From the NCBI GenBank assembly GCA_963733195.1, contig CAVTCR010000019.1, positions 64,001 through 128,000 of the forward strand: 64,000 nt of DNA, in the 5' to 3' direction. Shown piece by piece: positions 12,055 to 22,743 of the stretch (the first letter of the stretch is position 1; every line of letters starts with the position of its first letter). Position numbers and translations under genes: made by a program. The stretch comes from an uncultured delta proteobacterium (GTDB lineage Bacteria > Desulfobacterota > Binatia > Bin18). The notes below the pieces were generated by a model. The model did no database searches. It saw only the letters and a program-made list of their open reading frames with translations, and was not told the DNA's origin.

Positions 12055-12478
12055 GTGGCAACTGTTCGACGATGGCGTCACGCGACCTATCGTGCGCGCC
12101 AAGGTCCACAAGGGAGACAGCACCCTGATCGCGGAGGATTTTCTCATTGACAGTGGCGCAGACCGTACGGTCTTTCGGGCCGCACTCCTTGAGCAATTGC
12201 ATATTCCTGCTCAGGAGCCGCCCTTGGATGTTACTCTGAGTGGCATTGGTGGAACAAGTGAGTTTGTATTGGTAACAACTATCATAGAGTTTATCCGTGA
12301 TGGTGGCAGGCCGGTACGAGTCCGGGGTGAATTTGCCGGCTTTACCGATCCCACAGCAACAGACTTAAGCGTTCTCGGACGTGACGTCCTGGATAATTTC
12401 GATCTGATTCTCAGTCGTCGTCGTAACGAGATTTTATTGCTTGCCCCCAACCATCAGTATCACGTGGAGCAGACCTGA
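12038..12478 (+). CDS. Retropepsin-like aspartyl protease
   Basis: FLIDSGADRTV catalytic motif, GIGG flap, VLGRDVL. Confidence 0.85.
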   Translation: MVIVGEWQLFDDGVTRPIVRAKVHKGDSTLIAEDFLIDSGADRTVFRAALLEQLHIPAQEPPLDVTLSGIGGTSEFVLVTTIIEFIRDGGRPVRVRGEFAGFTDPTATDLSVLGRDVLDNFDLILSRRRNEILLLAPNHQYHVEQT

Positions 12479-12672
12479 CTTCCTCTCCCATAATATCTCC
12501 GCGAGCTTTCCACTCGCTTCCATACCGTCCGCAGAGAGCCAGCACTTGCCATCGCCCCTTGTGCCGCTTGAAACATAGCGTAATAAGCCCGACTCGCCGC
12601 TGAATTCACCAGTCCTTCCTGCAAACAGAGTTGCGCCGCTTTTAACGATTCCTGCGCTCGTTCTAAATCCAC
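12460..12672 (-). pseudogene. Truncated HEPN-domain protein
   Basis: LERAQESLKAAQ...AASRAYYAMFQAA; C-terminal half absent and the end overlaps the convergent protease gene. Confidence 0.65.
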
Positions 12673-13040
12673 CCTGTCAACGTCTCTCCCCTATCATTTT
12701 GGGTCAAATAGCGCCCATCGCAAAATCCTCACGATTTCCTCTTGAAATCCTCTCCTTTTCATCGAGCTTTCTGACCTGCGTCTCGTTAGATTCGCCTCGT
12801 CATTTTGAGCGCGGAAGCAGGGAGCGAAGTGCTCTCGCCTCTGTTTTCGCGCCAAGAAAGGAGGTGATGTCCTTTGCGGGCCAGAGCGCTTCTTCAAGGC
12901 GGATAGGAACATTGATCGGACAACCTATTGGAACAGAAAGGAGGTGAGATGAGCCTAACTGACAATAACCAACACGAAAAACACGAGGCCGAAATTCTCT
13001 TGTCGTTCTAACCAACAAATCAAAAGAGAAAGGACACATT

Positions 13041-14321
13041 ATGAAAAAGATCTTCACATTTTGGTTCGTGCTGGCTGCTCTGGCCAGTCATGTCACAACA
13101 CTTGCGTATGGTGACGCCGTTCTGGATTGGAACCAGCATGCGGCTACTGCCATCGCTTCCCCAGCACCCACCGGGGCCGGGAAACCTGCGGCCATTGGGC
13201 TGGTGGACTTAGCAATCGTCCATACCGCCATCTATGACGCCGTCAACGCCATCGCCGGCTTCCCCTTTGAGCCCTATTATGAGGTCACCCCGACAGTAAC
13301 CATGCCTGCTTCACCCGAGGCGGCCGCCGCTACCGCTGGCCACGATACGTTGGTGGCGCTCTTCCCCGCGCAACAGGCCGACCTTGATACCAAGTATGCC
13401 GTATCGTTGGCTCAGATCCCCGACGGTCCAGCCAAAACCAATGGCATTGCGGTCGGGCAGCAGACTGCCGCCGGGATTCTTCCTTGCGGGCGGACGATGG
13501 CCGCAATGACGCCGTCTCCTATACGCCCGGCAGTGGCCCTGGAGTGTGGAACCCGACACCACCCGCGTTCCTTCAGCCCCAAACCCCACAGTTGGCTACC
13601 GTCCTCCCCTGGACGCTGGATAGCCCCGAGCAGTTTCGTGCTCCTGGCCCGCCCAAACTGACCAGTAAACGCTGGGCACGGGAGTATAATGAGGTCAAGA
13701 GCTTAGGGCGGGCAACTGGCAGTACGCGTACGCCCGAGCAGACCAGCATCGGCGTCTTCTGGGCGGACCAGCCACTGCTGCAATGGAATCGGGCGTGGCG
13801 CGGCATCGCCATCAACCAGGGCCTCTCGCTCGAAGAGAATGCCCGCTTCTTTGCGCTGCTGGCTATGGTCAGTGCGGACTCCTGTATCGCCTGCTGGGAT
13901 TCGAAGTATTTTTATAACTTCTGGCGACCGGTGACCGCGATCCGGGCGGGGACACGGATGGGAATTCGAAGACCGCGCCGGACCCGGAGTGGACGGCCTA
14001 GTGGTGACACCCAATCACCCTGAGTACCCGTCTGCCCACGGCTGCTATAGCGGGGCGGTCACGCACGCCTTGCGGTTCTTCTTCGGGACGGATGAGGTCA
14101 CGTTCACCATCGATAGCAATGTGCCCGACCCTACAGACCTTACAAAACCACTACCAATAGTGCGCTCCTACAGCAGTTTCTCGCAGGCGCTGGAGGAGGT
14201 GCTCGATGCCCGTGTCTACGGAGGGATGCACTACCGCATCTCGACTCGTCATGGGGAGAAGATCGGCAAGCAGGTCGCCCGCTTTGCCTGGAAGCACTTC
14301 TTCCGCCCCGCTAAACCGTAA
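13041..14321 (+). CDS. Secreted vanadium haloperoxidase / PAP2-superfamily protein; two apparent frameshifts
   Basis: Signal peptide, DAVLDWN, KYFYNFWRP, HPEYPSAHG, ARVYGGMHY across ORFs 13041, 13484 and 13989. Confidence 0.85.
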
Positions 14322-14334
14322 GGCGGCAAGCAGA

Positions 14335-14359
14335 GCAGGGTGGGCTGTGCTCACCCTGC
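14335..14359. repeat. REP-like palindrome / possible terminator
   Basis: GCAGGGTGGGC-TGT-GCTCACCCTGC directly after the gene stop. Confidence 0.5.
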
Positions 14360-14453
14360 TGAGTGAGGATGAGCGTTCGAAACGAGAAACATAACGATTA
14401 GTGAATAGATTCATTGAGATTTATTGGATTGGTCCACATTTGTAGTCACTTCT

Positions 14454-14481
14454 GGTGAGGCATATGGCAATATGCCTCACC
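14454..14481. terminator. Perfect 12-bp hairpin between convergent genes
   Basis: GGTGAGGCATAT-GGCA-ATATGCCTCACC; no U-tract. Confidence 0.4.
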
Positions 14482-14568
14482 GGCTGAAGTCTGGTTTAGC
14501 ACCCGAGTATTCTCTCTAACTTTGTGTTCTGAGAAGAGGAAGCTGTGCGTGTAGCATCGCTTACGTTA

Positions 14569-14778
14569 CTACTCTTCTTTCAATTGTTTCTCACACTGAG
14601 TTATCTCTTCACGAAACAAGGCTAACTTCTCTTCATCGCCAAGCGCTAACGCCAACACCTCTCCTTCACGAAACGCAGCTAGAGCGTGCTCGAACTGGCC
14701 CTTGGCAAGAAAGACTCCCGCTTTGCGAAATATACGGCTTATCTGTGCCGCCGGAGTACGAGGAGTTGACTCAGTCAT
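14569..14778 (-). CDS. Small helical (TPR-like) hypothetical protein
   Basis: 69-aa ORF; AGVFLAKGQFEHALAAFREG. Confidence 0.55.
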   Translation of the reverse strand: MTESTPRTPAAQISRIFRKAGVFLAKGQFEHALAAFREGEVLALALGDEEKLALFREEITQCEKQLKEE

Positions 14779-14915
14779 GAGATGGCCCTTTTCGTGTTAA
14801 ACGGCGACGACGAGCGTTAAGCATACGCGCAAAAGCTGCGGCAAGCTCGGCATTGTCTAGTGGAGGAAGTCGTAGTTCGGTGAACGGCGGTAGCGGTTGC
14901 TTACGCGGACTCGGC

Positions 14916-15248
14916 TCACGCAAGTGAGAGTTCTCGTACCTGGCCAATAAAAAACTGGAGATCCTTCACCGCTCCGGCACCGAGTTTCTGGTTAAGGCGG
15001 TCGCGGAGACGTACTTTCATAAACTGCAATTCTTGCATCAGCGCGGAACTAGAGACTGTCACAAAAAGTTTTCCATTGTGAATCTTGCTTGGCCGCGCTT
15101 TGCGTGCAAGCGCTTCTCCCACCACCTCTTCCCATACCTGCCATACTTGATACTCTCGCCATCGTGCCGTATTCGCAAGCTGAGGAACCAGCCCTGACAA
15201 CACGTCTGAGGTCGCTTTCCACGATGAATTTTCAGTGCGCCGTGACAT
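14916..15248 (-). CDS. DUF721 / DciA-family protein
   Basis: VWQVWEEVVGEALA...GKLFVTVSSSALMQELQF...RLNQKLG. Confidence 0.8.
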   Translation of the reverse strand: MSRRTENSSWKATSDVLSGLVPQLANTARWREYQVWQVWEEVVGEALARKARPSKIHNGKLFVTVSSSALMQELQFMKVRLRDRLNQKLGAGAVKDLQFFIGQVRELSLA

Positions 15249-15325
15249 CGAAACCATCATCTCGTAAAAAAACCTGAGAAAAAAGAGGCATTTTCTCGTT
15301 TGCCATAAATTGTGTTCACTTTTGC

Positions 15326-15378
15326 TTGACAATACTATATATTGTGGTAATCAAAACCATCAGCACAATCGATAGAGT
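15326..15378 (+). promoter_or_regulatory. nrdJ promoter region with tandem NrdR boxes
   Basis: TTGACA at 15326; ATACTATATATTGTGG at 15332-15347 and GCACAATCGATAGAGT at 15363-15378, 31 bp apart; compare the NrdR consensus acaCwAtATaTwGtg. Confidence 0.75.
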
Positions 15379-15406
15379 CTTAGTGACTTCATGAGGAGGA
15401 GGGGGT

Positions 15407-18306
15407 ATGGCGGAAAAGCTGCGTAAGAAGGTGGCTATGGAACAGAATCACGCCTCACGCACCGAAACGGAAGCAGTCATCCAGCAAACGTCGCGGTCTG
15501 AGCTTCAAACGGTACTTCACCCGTCCAGGTATTCATCCGTACGCTGAAGTCGAATGGGAAAAACGAAGCGCCGTAATCTCTGGAGAAAAAGGCGATACCG
15601 TTTTCGAGCAGCATGATGTCGAGATTCCGAAACCGTGGTCACAACTCGCGACCAACGTCGTCGTGTCCAAGTATTTTCGCGGACAGATCGGAACGCCGCA
15701 ACGTGAGCATAGTGTCAAACAGTTGATCGGTCGCGTGGTTGACACCATCACCGGATGGGGCCGCAAGGATGGCTATTTCGCCAGCGAAGAAGATGCACTG
15801 GTCTTTGCCGAAGAACTGACGCACCTCCTCGTCGAGCAGCGACTCGCATTCAACAGCCCAGTCTGGTTCAATGTTGGCGTCGAACCTCACCCGCAGTGTA
15901 GTGCGTGTTTCATCCTTTCGGTTGACGACAAGATGGATTCTATTCTTGACTGGTACCGCAAAGAAGGCGTCATCTTTAAAGGCGGTTCAGGTTCAGGGGT
16001 GAACCTTTCGCGTATCCGCTCCTCGAAAGAGCGCTTAGCCGGCGGTGGCACGGCCTCTGGTCCAGTTTCGTTTATGCGCGCAGCCGACGCTTCAGCTGGA
16101 GTCATCAAGTCAGGTGGCAAAACCCGCCGTGCTGCAAAGATGGTCGTGTTGAATGCAGATCATCCCGATGTTCTTGAATTCGTCCAATGCAAAGCAACAG
16201 AAGAAAAGAAGGCATGGGCGTTGATCGAAGCTGGCTACGATAGCTCGATCGACGGTGAAGCCTATGGTTCCGTCTTCTTCCAGAATGCCAACAACTCGGT
16301 CCGGGTCACAGATGACTTCATGCGGGCGGTCGTCGATAATCGTCCGTGGTCGACTCGCTACGTCACTACAGGAGATATTTGCGCGACCCTCTCCGCTCGC
16401 GAGCTTTTACAAAAGATTGCCGAAGCCACCTGGTTCTGTGGTGACCCAGGCATGCAGTTTGATACGACGATCAATGCGTGGCATACCTGCTCGAATACAG
16501 GTCGCATCAACGCATCGAACCCATGCAGCGAATACATGCACCTCGATGACAGTGCGTGTAATCTTGCCTCGCTCAATCTGATGAAGTTTCTCAAAGACGA
16601 CGGCGGGTTTGATTCGACCTCGTTTAAGCATGCGGTCGATATTAGTATCACCGCGCAAGATATCGTGGTGGATAATTCGAGTTATCCCACCAGCGAAATT
16701 ACGGAAACCGCCAAGGCGTTTCGTGAACTTGGCCTTGGATATGCGAATTTGGGCGCATTGCTCATGTCACTCGGTCTTCCCTACGACTCAGAAGCTGGAC
16801 GCCAGTACGCCGGAGCTATCACTGCACTAATGACAGGTGAGGCATATTTGCAGTCTGCCCGCATCGCCGAACAGATGGCACCATTCTCTGGTTATGCAGT
16901 GAATCGCGAACCAATGCTCGGTGTCATCGAGAAGCATCGCACGTATGCGCATAAACTTGATCCCTCGCTTGTCCCGCTCGATTTACTCTCTGACGCACGA
17001 AAATCCTGGGACGAAGCCTTAGCCGTCGGCCGTAAGAGCGGCTATCGCAATTCGCAAGCAACTGTTCTCGCACCAACCGGTACTATCGCCTTCATGATGG
17101 ACTGTGACACAACTGGTGTCGAGCCTGATATCGCGCTTGGTGAAATACAAACGGTTAGTTGGCGGCGGATTGTTGAAAATTGTCAACAACACCGTTCCGC
17201 GTGCACTGAAACGGCTCGGCTATGATAGCAAAGCCATTCAGGCCATCGTCGAATACATCGACGAACACGAAACGATCGAAGGTGCACCGCGGCTCCGCAA
17301 CGAGCATCTGCCGGTATTCGATTGCGCCTTCAAACCGTCGCGTGGCAGCCGGTCGATTCACTACCTCGGACATCTTCGCATGATGGGAGCGGTCCAGCCG
17401 TTCCTTTCTGGGGCGATTTCCAAAACGATTAACATGCCGACCGACGCCACGGTTGAGGATATCACTGAAGCGTACCTCGAAGCGTGGCGGCTAGGACTCA
17501 AAGCCGTCGCGATCTATCGTGACGGATGTAAGCGCGTACAGCCATTGGCTACCGGCGAGAAGAAAGCCGAACAGGCGATTCCTGCAGTGGTTGCGGAACC
17601 AACTCCTATCCGCCGACGACTCCCGAACGATCGCGATGCGATTTGTCATAAATTCGACATTGCTGGTCACGAAGGCTATATCCACGTCGGGTTTTATGAA
17701 GACGGCACTCCAGGTGAGATTTTCATTAAGATGGCGAAAGAAGGTAGTACGATTTCTGGATTGATGGATAGCATCGCTACGCTGACGTCGCTTGCGCTCC
17801 AATACGGGGTGCCGCTCGAAGCCTTGGTCAGCAAATTCGGCCATGTACGTTTTGAGCCCTCGGGCTTCACCAAGAACCCAGAGATTCCCTACGCAAAGTC
17901 ACTCACAGATTATATCTTCCGCTTCTTGGGCAACCGCTTCTTACCAGCCGAACAAAGCCAGGACGCCAGCCTGAGTGAAGGGAACGGCCAGCGAGAGTCC
18001 TCACGAGGTGAGATTGAGCGAGCGCATCATCCAGCAGCCCTCACGGATGGAGCCAGGGCGACGCTCAGCGGCACCGCCTCACTGCAGGCAAACAGTGCAG
18101 CAGTGGCGTATATCAACGGTGCTCACCCCTCCCACGAGGATTCTCTCCGGTCAGCGCCTACTGATGTACACTCTTCAACATCAGTGAGTAGAACATGGCA
18201 GTCACAAGCTGATGCGCCGAGTTGTGCCGACTGTGGATCAATCATGATTCGTAACGGGTCGTGTTACAAATGTCTCAACTGTGGCGCGACCAGTGGTTGC
18301 TCGTGA
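15407..18306 (+). CDS. nrdJ: Vitamin B12-dependent class II ribonucleotide reductase; apparent frameshifts near 15520 and 17140
   Basis: FNSPVWFN, QCSACFI, SNPCSEY, ACNLAS, APTGTI, SGAISKTIN, YRDGCK, TSCPD-like domain, C-terminal CxxC...CLNCGATSGCS. Confidence 0.93.
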
Positions 18307-18490
18307 GTAACCACCGATGAGATAGCGGTTCCAGGTTTGGGTGAGGAGGCATTGCGACGGGGGTGCGTAGCGGAGAGGAGCCTCCGGGGGAGGGAGTGGG
18401 CCGGATATGAACCGGGCGGGGCGTCGTTCAGACGCCCCGTGGTTGGTATGTATGTCTCAACTCTTCGTCCCTATTTTGTAGAAGCCTTCT

Positions 18491-18763
18491 ATGAGTAGTA
18501 TCACGAGAATCCGCCCGAAAGTTTACACCGTCACAGAATTCGCTTGTTTATTCGCTGTCTCTCCTCGTCTTGTTCGTGATCTGATTCGCAAAGGCGACAT
18601 CCCTGCCCTCAAAATTGGCCGCTCCTATCGCATCCCTCGTCGAGCCGCAGGTGAATACCTCGCGCGCGCGTTACCGTCGGCTCCCCGCTCAGCACCTAAG
18701 CCGCGAGTTCGTGAAGCGGATCAGCTAACGGGGTTTTTGTTTCCAATAGAAACACTACAGTAA
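18491..18763 (+). CDS. Excisionase-like helix-turn-helix (HTH_17) protein
   Basis: YTVTEFACLFAVSPRLVRDLIRKGDIPALKIGRSYRIP. Confidence 0.75.
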   Translation: MSSITRIRPKVYTVTEFACLFAVSPRLVRDLIRKGDIPALKIGRSYRIPRRAAGEYLARALPSAPRSAPKPRVREADQLTGFLFPIETLQ

Positions 18764-18823
18764 CGCGGCTATATCAAGAGAACTGCACCATCAGTTCCTT
18801 CTGGGGGTAACATTTTTCACCAA

Positions 18824-18849
18824 CCCCAATCCCCAGCCCCTACCCCCTA
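18824..18849 (-). repeat. G-run tract starting at a TAG stop
   Basis: Minus strand TAGGGGGTAGGGGCTGGGGATTGGGG. Confidence 0.65.
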
Positions 18850-19035
18850 GTTCGATAGCGTCACCGGCATCGGTTCAGGATCAGAGTACGAGATACCGTA
18901 GACAAGGTGCGGTCCTGCGGTCTTCGCAATCGTCACTTTTTTTGGTCCCATACGAGGAGTGATATGCAAAATGAACCCATTCTTCGCGGTTAATAATCGA
19001 CTCAGCTTTTGATTTTGTAAGGAAGGCTGCTCCAT
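18847..19035 (-). CDS. Hypothetical protein; start uncertain
   Basis: Short ORF only, with no recognised motif. Confidence 0.3.
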   Translation of the reverse strand: MEQPSLQNQKLSRLLTAKNGFILHITPRMGPKKVTIAKTAGPHLVYGISYSDPEPMPVTLSN

Positions 19036-19209
19036 ACGTCCCCTGCTGTCGCAATTGAAATGACCAACGTTGTCACCATACGGTCTGGTTGTTCATCTGA
19101 CAATAACCTCACGTTCTTCACGTGGGAAGTGACAATTTGTTTTCTCCACCAGCGCGACGCTCATTTGTCAATTCCTCACACGTAGTAGAGAGGGGGGAAT
19201 AGCGTATCC

Positions 19210-20166
19210 CTACTCCACCTGTCCACCTTCGGGATGTGCGAGAGCAATTTGCAACAGCAGGTGATGTCGCGGCGGCATAGCGGGTAGATACTGAGGGGCG
19301 AACCACTCTGCAGCCAGAGTCTCAACACCGTCAGGGATCGGTGTTCCGGCCTCAATCTCTGCACGAAAAAGCGCAGCGGCGAGTTGCACCTGGTTCCCGT
19401 CCCGATAGGTATGAAACATTTGCGGCCCAGTAAAGACACCAACCAACTGGGTCGGACAGATGCGGAGCTGTAACTCCTCATACACTTCCCGAACGATTGT
19501 TCCTGCCGGTGTTTCTCCTAATTCCATAATCCCAGCCGGGAGTCCCCAGGTGTGACTATCAGAGCGGAGACCAAGCAGCACCTTACCCTGTGAGTCTTGG
19601 ATAACCGCACCGGCGGTCATCAGCACGATCCGATCGGTCCCGACTACTTCCCGTAGCGGCCATAGATAACTATTCGTTGATGATGTCGATACCGGTACGT
19701 CAAAGTACGGACAGGCATTCGACCGCAGCGTCTCAATCATCGCGACATACCACGGAGGGCACGGACCCGGTAGGTGATCGAGCGAAAAGAATTCACTAAA
19801 GGTAGACTCGTACCCATCGGGATGCAATTCTCCGCCAGTCACAACGCACTCGATCGCCACGGTAAACTGCTGTACTTCGTCGCCGTGGGGATAACGAAAA
19901 TCCCACTGCGGTGACGCGTAGAGCCCGACAAGGCGTTGTACACGGATCTGTAGGCCTGTTTCTTCTCGTACTTCTCGAACGACACACTCACTAAATGTTT
20001 CACCAATCTCAACAATGCCGCCGGGCAAACCCCACCAATCAAAATCGCTACGACGTTGGAAAAGGACACGCCCTTCAGCATCCCGAATCAGTCCTGTCGC
20101 GTAAGAAAGGAGCGTCTTTCGAGGACCGATTTTGCTACGGAGCCAGGAGATATAATCAGCAAACAT
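19210..20166 (-). CDS. Tandem double-NUDIX hydrolase
   Basis: Two Nudix boxes GGIVEIGETFSECVVREVREETG and AGIMELGETPAGTIVREVYEELQ; each half has Y...LR..(I/V)G and Y..G..VQ. Confidence 0.88.
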   Translation of the reverse strand: MFADYISWLRSKIGPRKTLLSYATGLIRDAEGRVLFQRRSDFDWWGLPGGIVEIGETFSECVVREVREETGLQIRVQRLVGLYASPQWDFRYPHGDEVQQFTVAIECVVTGGELHPDGYESTFSEFFSLDHLPGPCPPWYVAMIETLRSNACPYFDVPVSTSSTNSYLWPLREVVGTDRIVLMTAGAVIQDSQGKVLLGLRSDSHTWGLPAGIMELGETPAGTIVREVYEELQLRICPTQLVGVFTGPQMFHTYRDGNQVQLAAALFRAEIEAGTPIPDGVETLAAEWFAPQYLPAMPPRHHLLLQIALAHPEGGQVE

Positions 20167-20225
20167 AGGAAAAGGGGGAAGGAGCAGGAGACAGGGACCA
20201 GAAAGAAAAGAGTATCCCTTTCGGC

Positions 20226-21926
20226 TCACTCGTCTTGCGTTACACGCAGGACCTCGGATACGGTCGTCGTCCCTTCTCGAACCTTGCGCCAACCATCTTC
20301 ACGGAGCGTGCGCATCCCCTGAGAGACAGCCAGATTCTTGATGATGTCAGACGAGGTGTGCTTAAGAACCGACTGCCGCACTCCTTCGTTAATGAGCAAG
20401 AGCTCGAAGATACCACTGCGACCATGATAGCCGCTCATATCACAGGCTTCACAGCCTCGCGCGTCATACGCCGCCATGGGTGTCCCATGCGCTCCGTTCG
20501 TCCCGTCGGCGATATTGCCGTTATCGCTGAGTTTTACTCCACCCTCGATCGGACGACGACAGTGCGGACACAGCGTGCGTACCAACCGCTGAGCCATCAC
20601 TGCCAGGAGTGAAGAGGCAAGCAGATAATCCTCCACTCCCATTTCGAGTAGGCGAGAAATCGCTCCTGACGCATCATTGGTATGCAGCGTTGAAAAGACG
20701 AGATGACCAGTTAAGGCAGCTTGCACTGCAATCTCAGCCGTTTCAAAGTCACGAATTTCGCCGACCATGATAACGTCAGGATCTTGCCGCACAATCGAAC
20801 GGAGGCCGTTGGCGAAGGTGAGACCAATTTGCGGCTTAACATGAATCTGGTTAACGCCAGCCAGTTGATACTCAACCGGGTCCTCGATCGTGATGATCTT
20901 TTTATCTGGTGAATTGATTTTATCGAGCGCACCATACAGTGTCGTGGTTTTCCCACTCCCGGTCGGACCGGTCACAAGAATCATCCCATAGGGTCGTGTG
21001 ATCTGAGCCTCAAACTCACTCATTGTATCAGTCGGAAACCCGAGCGTTTCAAGGCTGACACTAATGCTTGAGCGGTCGAGAATACGCATGACCACGCTCT
21101 CACCGTACAGCGTCGGCAAGGTTGACACACGGAGATCGATTTCCCGCCCTAACATGCGAAGCTTAATGCGCCCGTCTTGCGGGAGCCGCCGCTCGGCAAT
21201 GTTGAGTTTAGCCATTAGTTTCACACGCGAAATCAACGCGGCCTGCAGCTTGCGCGGGGGAGCCTCGACGTCGTGCAGTATCCCATCGATGCGGTACCGT
21301 ATCTGGAGTTCTTTTTCAAACGGTTCGATATGAATATCTGAAGCGCGGCGCTCAAGCGCTCGCGCGATTAGCGTGTTCACCAAGCGAATGACTGGCGCTT
21401 CACTGGCAAGGTCACGGAGATGTTCGACATCTTCTTGATCATCCTGCAAGTATTCAACTTCCCCGGTCTCATTTTCACCGTTCCGTTCACTGGAGCCTGT
21501 TGTCCCGTCCGCATAATAGGTATTGAGCGCTTCAAGAATGTCGCGCTCCCGTGCAAGGCAACGCCGAAGCCGTAACCCCGTGGCTTTTTGGAGTGACTCA
21601 ACCACGTAAAAGTCTCCCGGATCGACCATAGCCACAGCGAGTTGCCCATCCTGTACAGCGAGTGGACAGACGCGAGCTTGACGAAAAAATCCAGGGTTAA
21701 TACTCGTAAAAGATGGAGGTGATTGCGGAAAGTCTCGGGGGTTGAGAATCGGCGCTTGGTAGTACTCGGAGAGGAAATTCATAAGATCGTCCTCGGAAAG
21801 AAATCCGAGTTCAACGAGGAGCCGTTCGAGAGATTCACTCCGTTCCTGCTGCACGCGTTGTACGCGTCGTAGATCCTCAACAGAAACTTTACCGGTTGCC
21901 AATAGTAAAGATTCAAAGCGGGTCAT
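20226..21926 (-). CDS. gspE: Type II secretion / type IV pilus assembly ATPase (GspE/PilB)
   Basis: ASDIHIEP, RLPQDGRI, GPTGSGKTT, TIEDPVE, RQDPDVIMVGEIRD, HLVFSTLHTND, CxxC...CxxC. Confidence 0.9.
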   Translation of the reverse strand: MTRFESLLLATGKVSVEDLRRVQRVQQERSESLERLLVELGFLSEDDLMNFLSEYYQAPILNPRDFPQSPPSFTSINPGFFRQARVCPLAVQDGQLAVAMVDPGDFYVVESLQKATGLRLRRCLARERDILEALNTYYADGTTGSSERNGENETGEVEYLQDDQEDVEHLRDLASEAPVIRLVNTLIARALERRASDIHIEPFEKELQIRYRIDGILHDVEAPPRKLQAALISRVKLMAKLNIAERRLPQDGRIKLRMLGREIDLRVSTLPTLYGESVVMRILDRSSISVSLETLGFPTDTMSEFEAQITRPYGMILVTGPTGSGKTTTLYGALDKINSPDKKIITIEDPVEYQLAGVNQIHVKPQIGLTFANGLRSIVRQDPDVIMVGEIRDFETAEIAVQAALTGHLVFSTLHTNDASGAISRLLEMGVEDYLLASSLLAVMAQRLVRTLCPHCRRPIEGGVKLSDNGNIADGTNGAHGTPMAAYDARGCEACDMSGYHGRSGIFELLLINEGVRQSVLKHTSSDIIKNLAVSQGMRTLREDGWRKVREGTTTVSEVLRVTQDE

Positions 21927-22009
21927 AGTCGGTTACCGGCGTTGCACCATCTCCTCAATCTACCGTTATCGGATACGAGAGAGCAGGCTATAATTGCCCC
22001 CGCGTAGAC

Positions 22010-22708
22010 TTAATGAATGAGATCGCCCAGACGATCCCAACGTACCCATGACGCCTCACTATTCCATGACCAGTAGATTAGAAAAGCTTTCCCCTTTACA
22101 TCATCCAGGTCAACAAATCCCCAGAAGCGACCATCGTGGCTTTCATCTCGATTATCGCCCATAACAAATAGTTTATGAGGTGGGACGGTCATGGGACCAA
22201 GGTTGTCGCGTGGTCCAGGAATCTCTTGGTCTCTATACTTAAAGGTCGCATGGGGATCGTCTACTTTCGTGTCGTTAATATACACCACCTTATGACGAAT
22301 CTCGACCGTGTCGCCACCTACAGCAACGACACGCTTAATAAAATCCTTACTCCGGTCGCGCGGATAGACAAAGACAATGACATCTCCTCGATCCGGCTGC
22401 CCCCATTCCCACAGGGTCGTTTCCAACGGATAGGGCAACCGTAGACCATAGAGGAATTTGCTCACCAAAATATGGTCACCGATTTGCAGGGTCGGAAGCA
22501 TTGAGCCTGAGGGAATTTTGAATGCTTGCACAATGAAACTACGAATGAAGAACGCCAGCAGAAGAGCGACTATTAACGCTTCAGCGTATTCTCGCGTAAC
22601 CGATTTTTGCTGTCCCACCTGTGCTCGGGGAGACGAGCGTTTCACTTCTTGTGTACGTTGGTCAACCGTTACGGTCGATTCGTCAATACTTGGCAGTTTA
22701 TTTCCCAC
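22010..22708 (-). CDS. lepB: Signal peptidase I
   Basis: IPSGSMLPTL, DFIKRV, GDNRDESHDGR; follows lepA. Confidence 0.95.
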   Translation of the reverse strand: MGNKLPSIDESTVTVDQRTQEVKRSSPRAQVGQQKSVTREYAEALIVALLLAFFIRSFIVQAFKIPSGSMLPTLQIGDHILVSKFLYGLRLPYPLETTLWEWGQPDRGDVIVFVYPRDRSKDFIKRVVAVGGDTVEIRHKVVYINDTKVDDPHATFKYRDQEIPGPRDNLGPMTVPPHKLFVMGDNRDESHDGRFWGFVDLDDVKGKAFLIYWSWNSEASWVRWDRLGDLIH

Positions 22709-22743
22709 AGCTTCCCCTTACCGGCAAACTCTGGAGGTCAAGA

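Noticed and set aside
12694-12912. Nucleotidyltransferase (MNT) partner for the HEPN relic
   Set aside because: No GS..RG/DxD motif is visible
15250-15406. Cobalamin riboswitch upstream of nrdJ
   Set aside because: The spacer is short, no B12-box was recognised, and NrdR boxes explain the conserved features
15407-18306. Programmed frameshifting or a split NrdJa/NrdJb
   Set aside because: Similar single-base shifts hit sucC, rlmN, the P450, the CoA-transferase and others, often at homopolymers; sequencing error is simpler
18491-18763. Prophage or integrative element
   Set aside because: No integrase, tRNA target, att repeats or phage genes nearby
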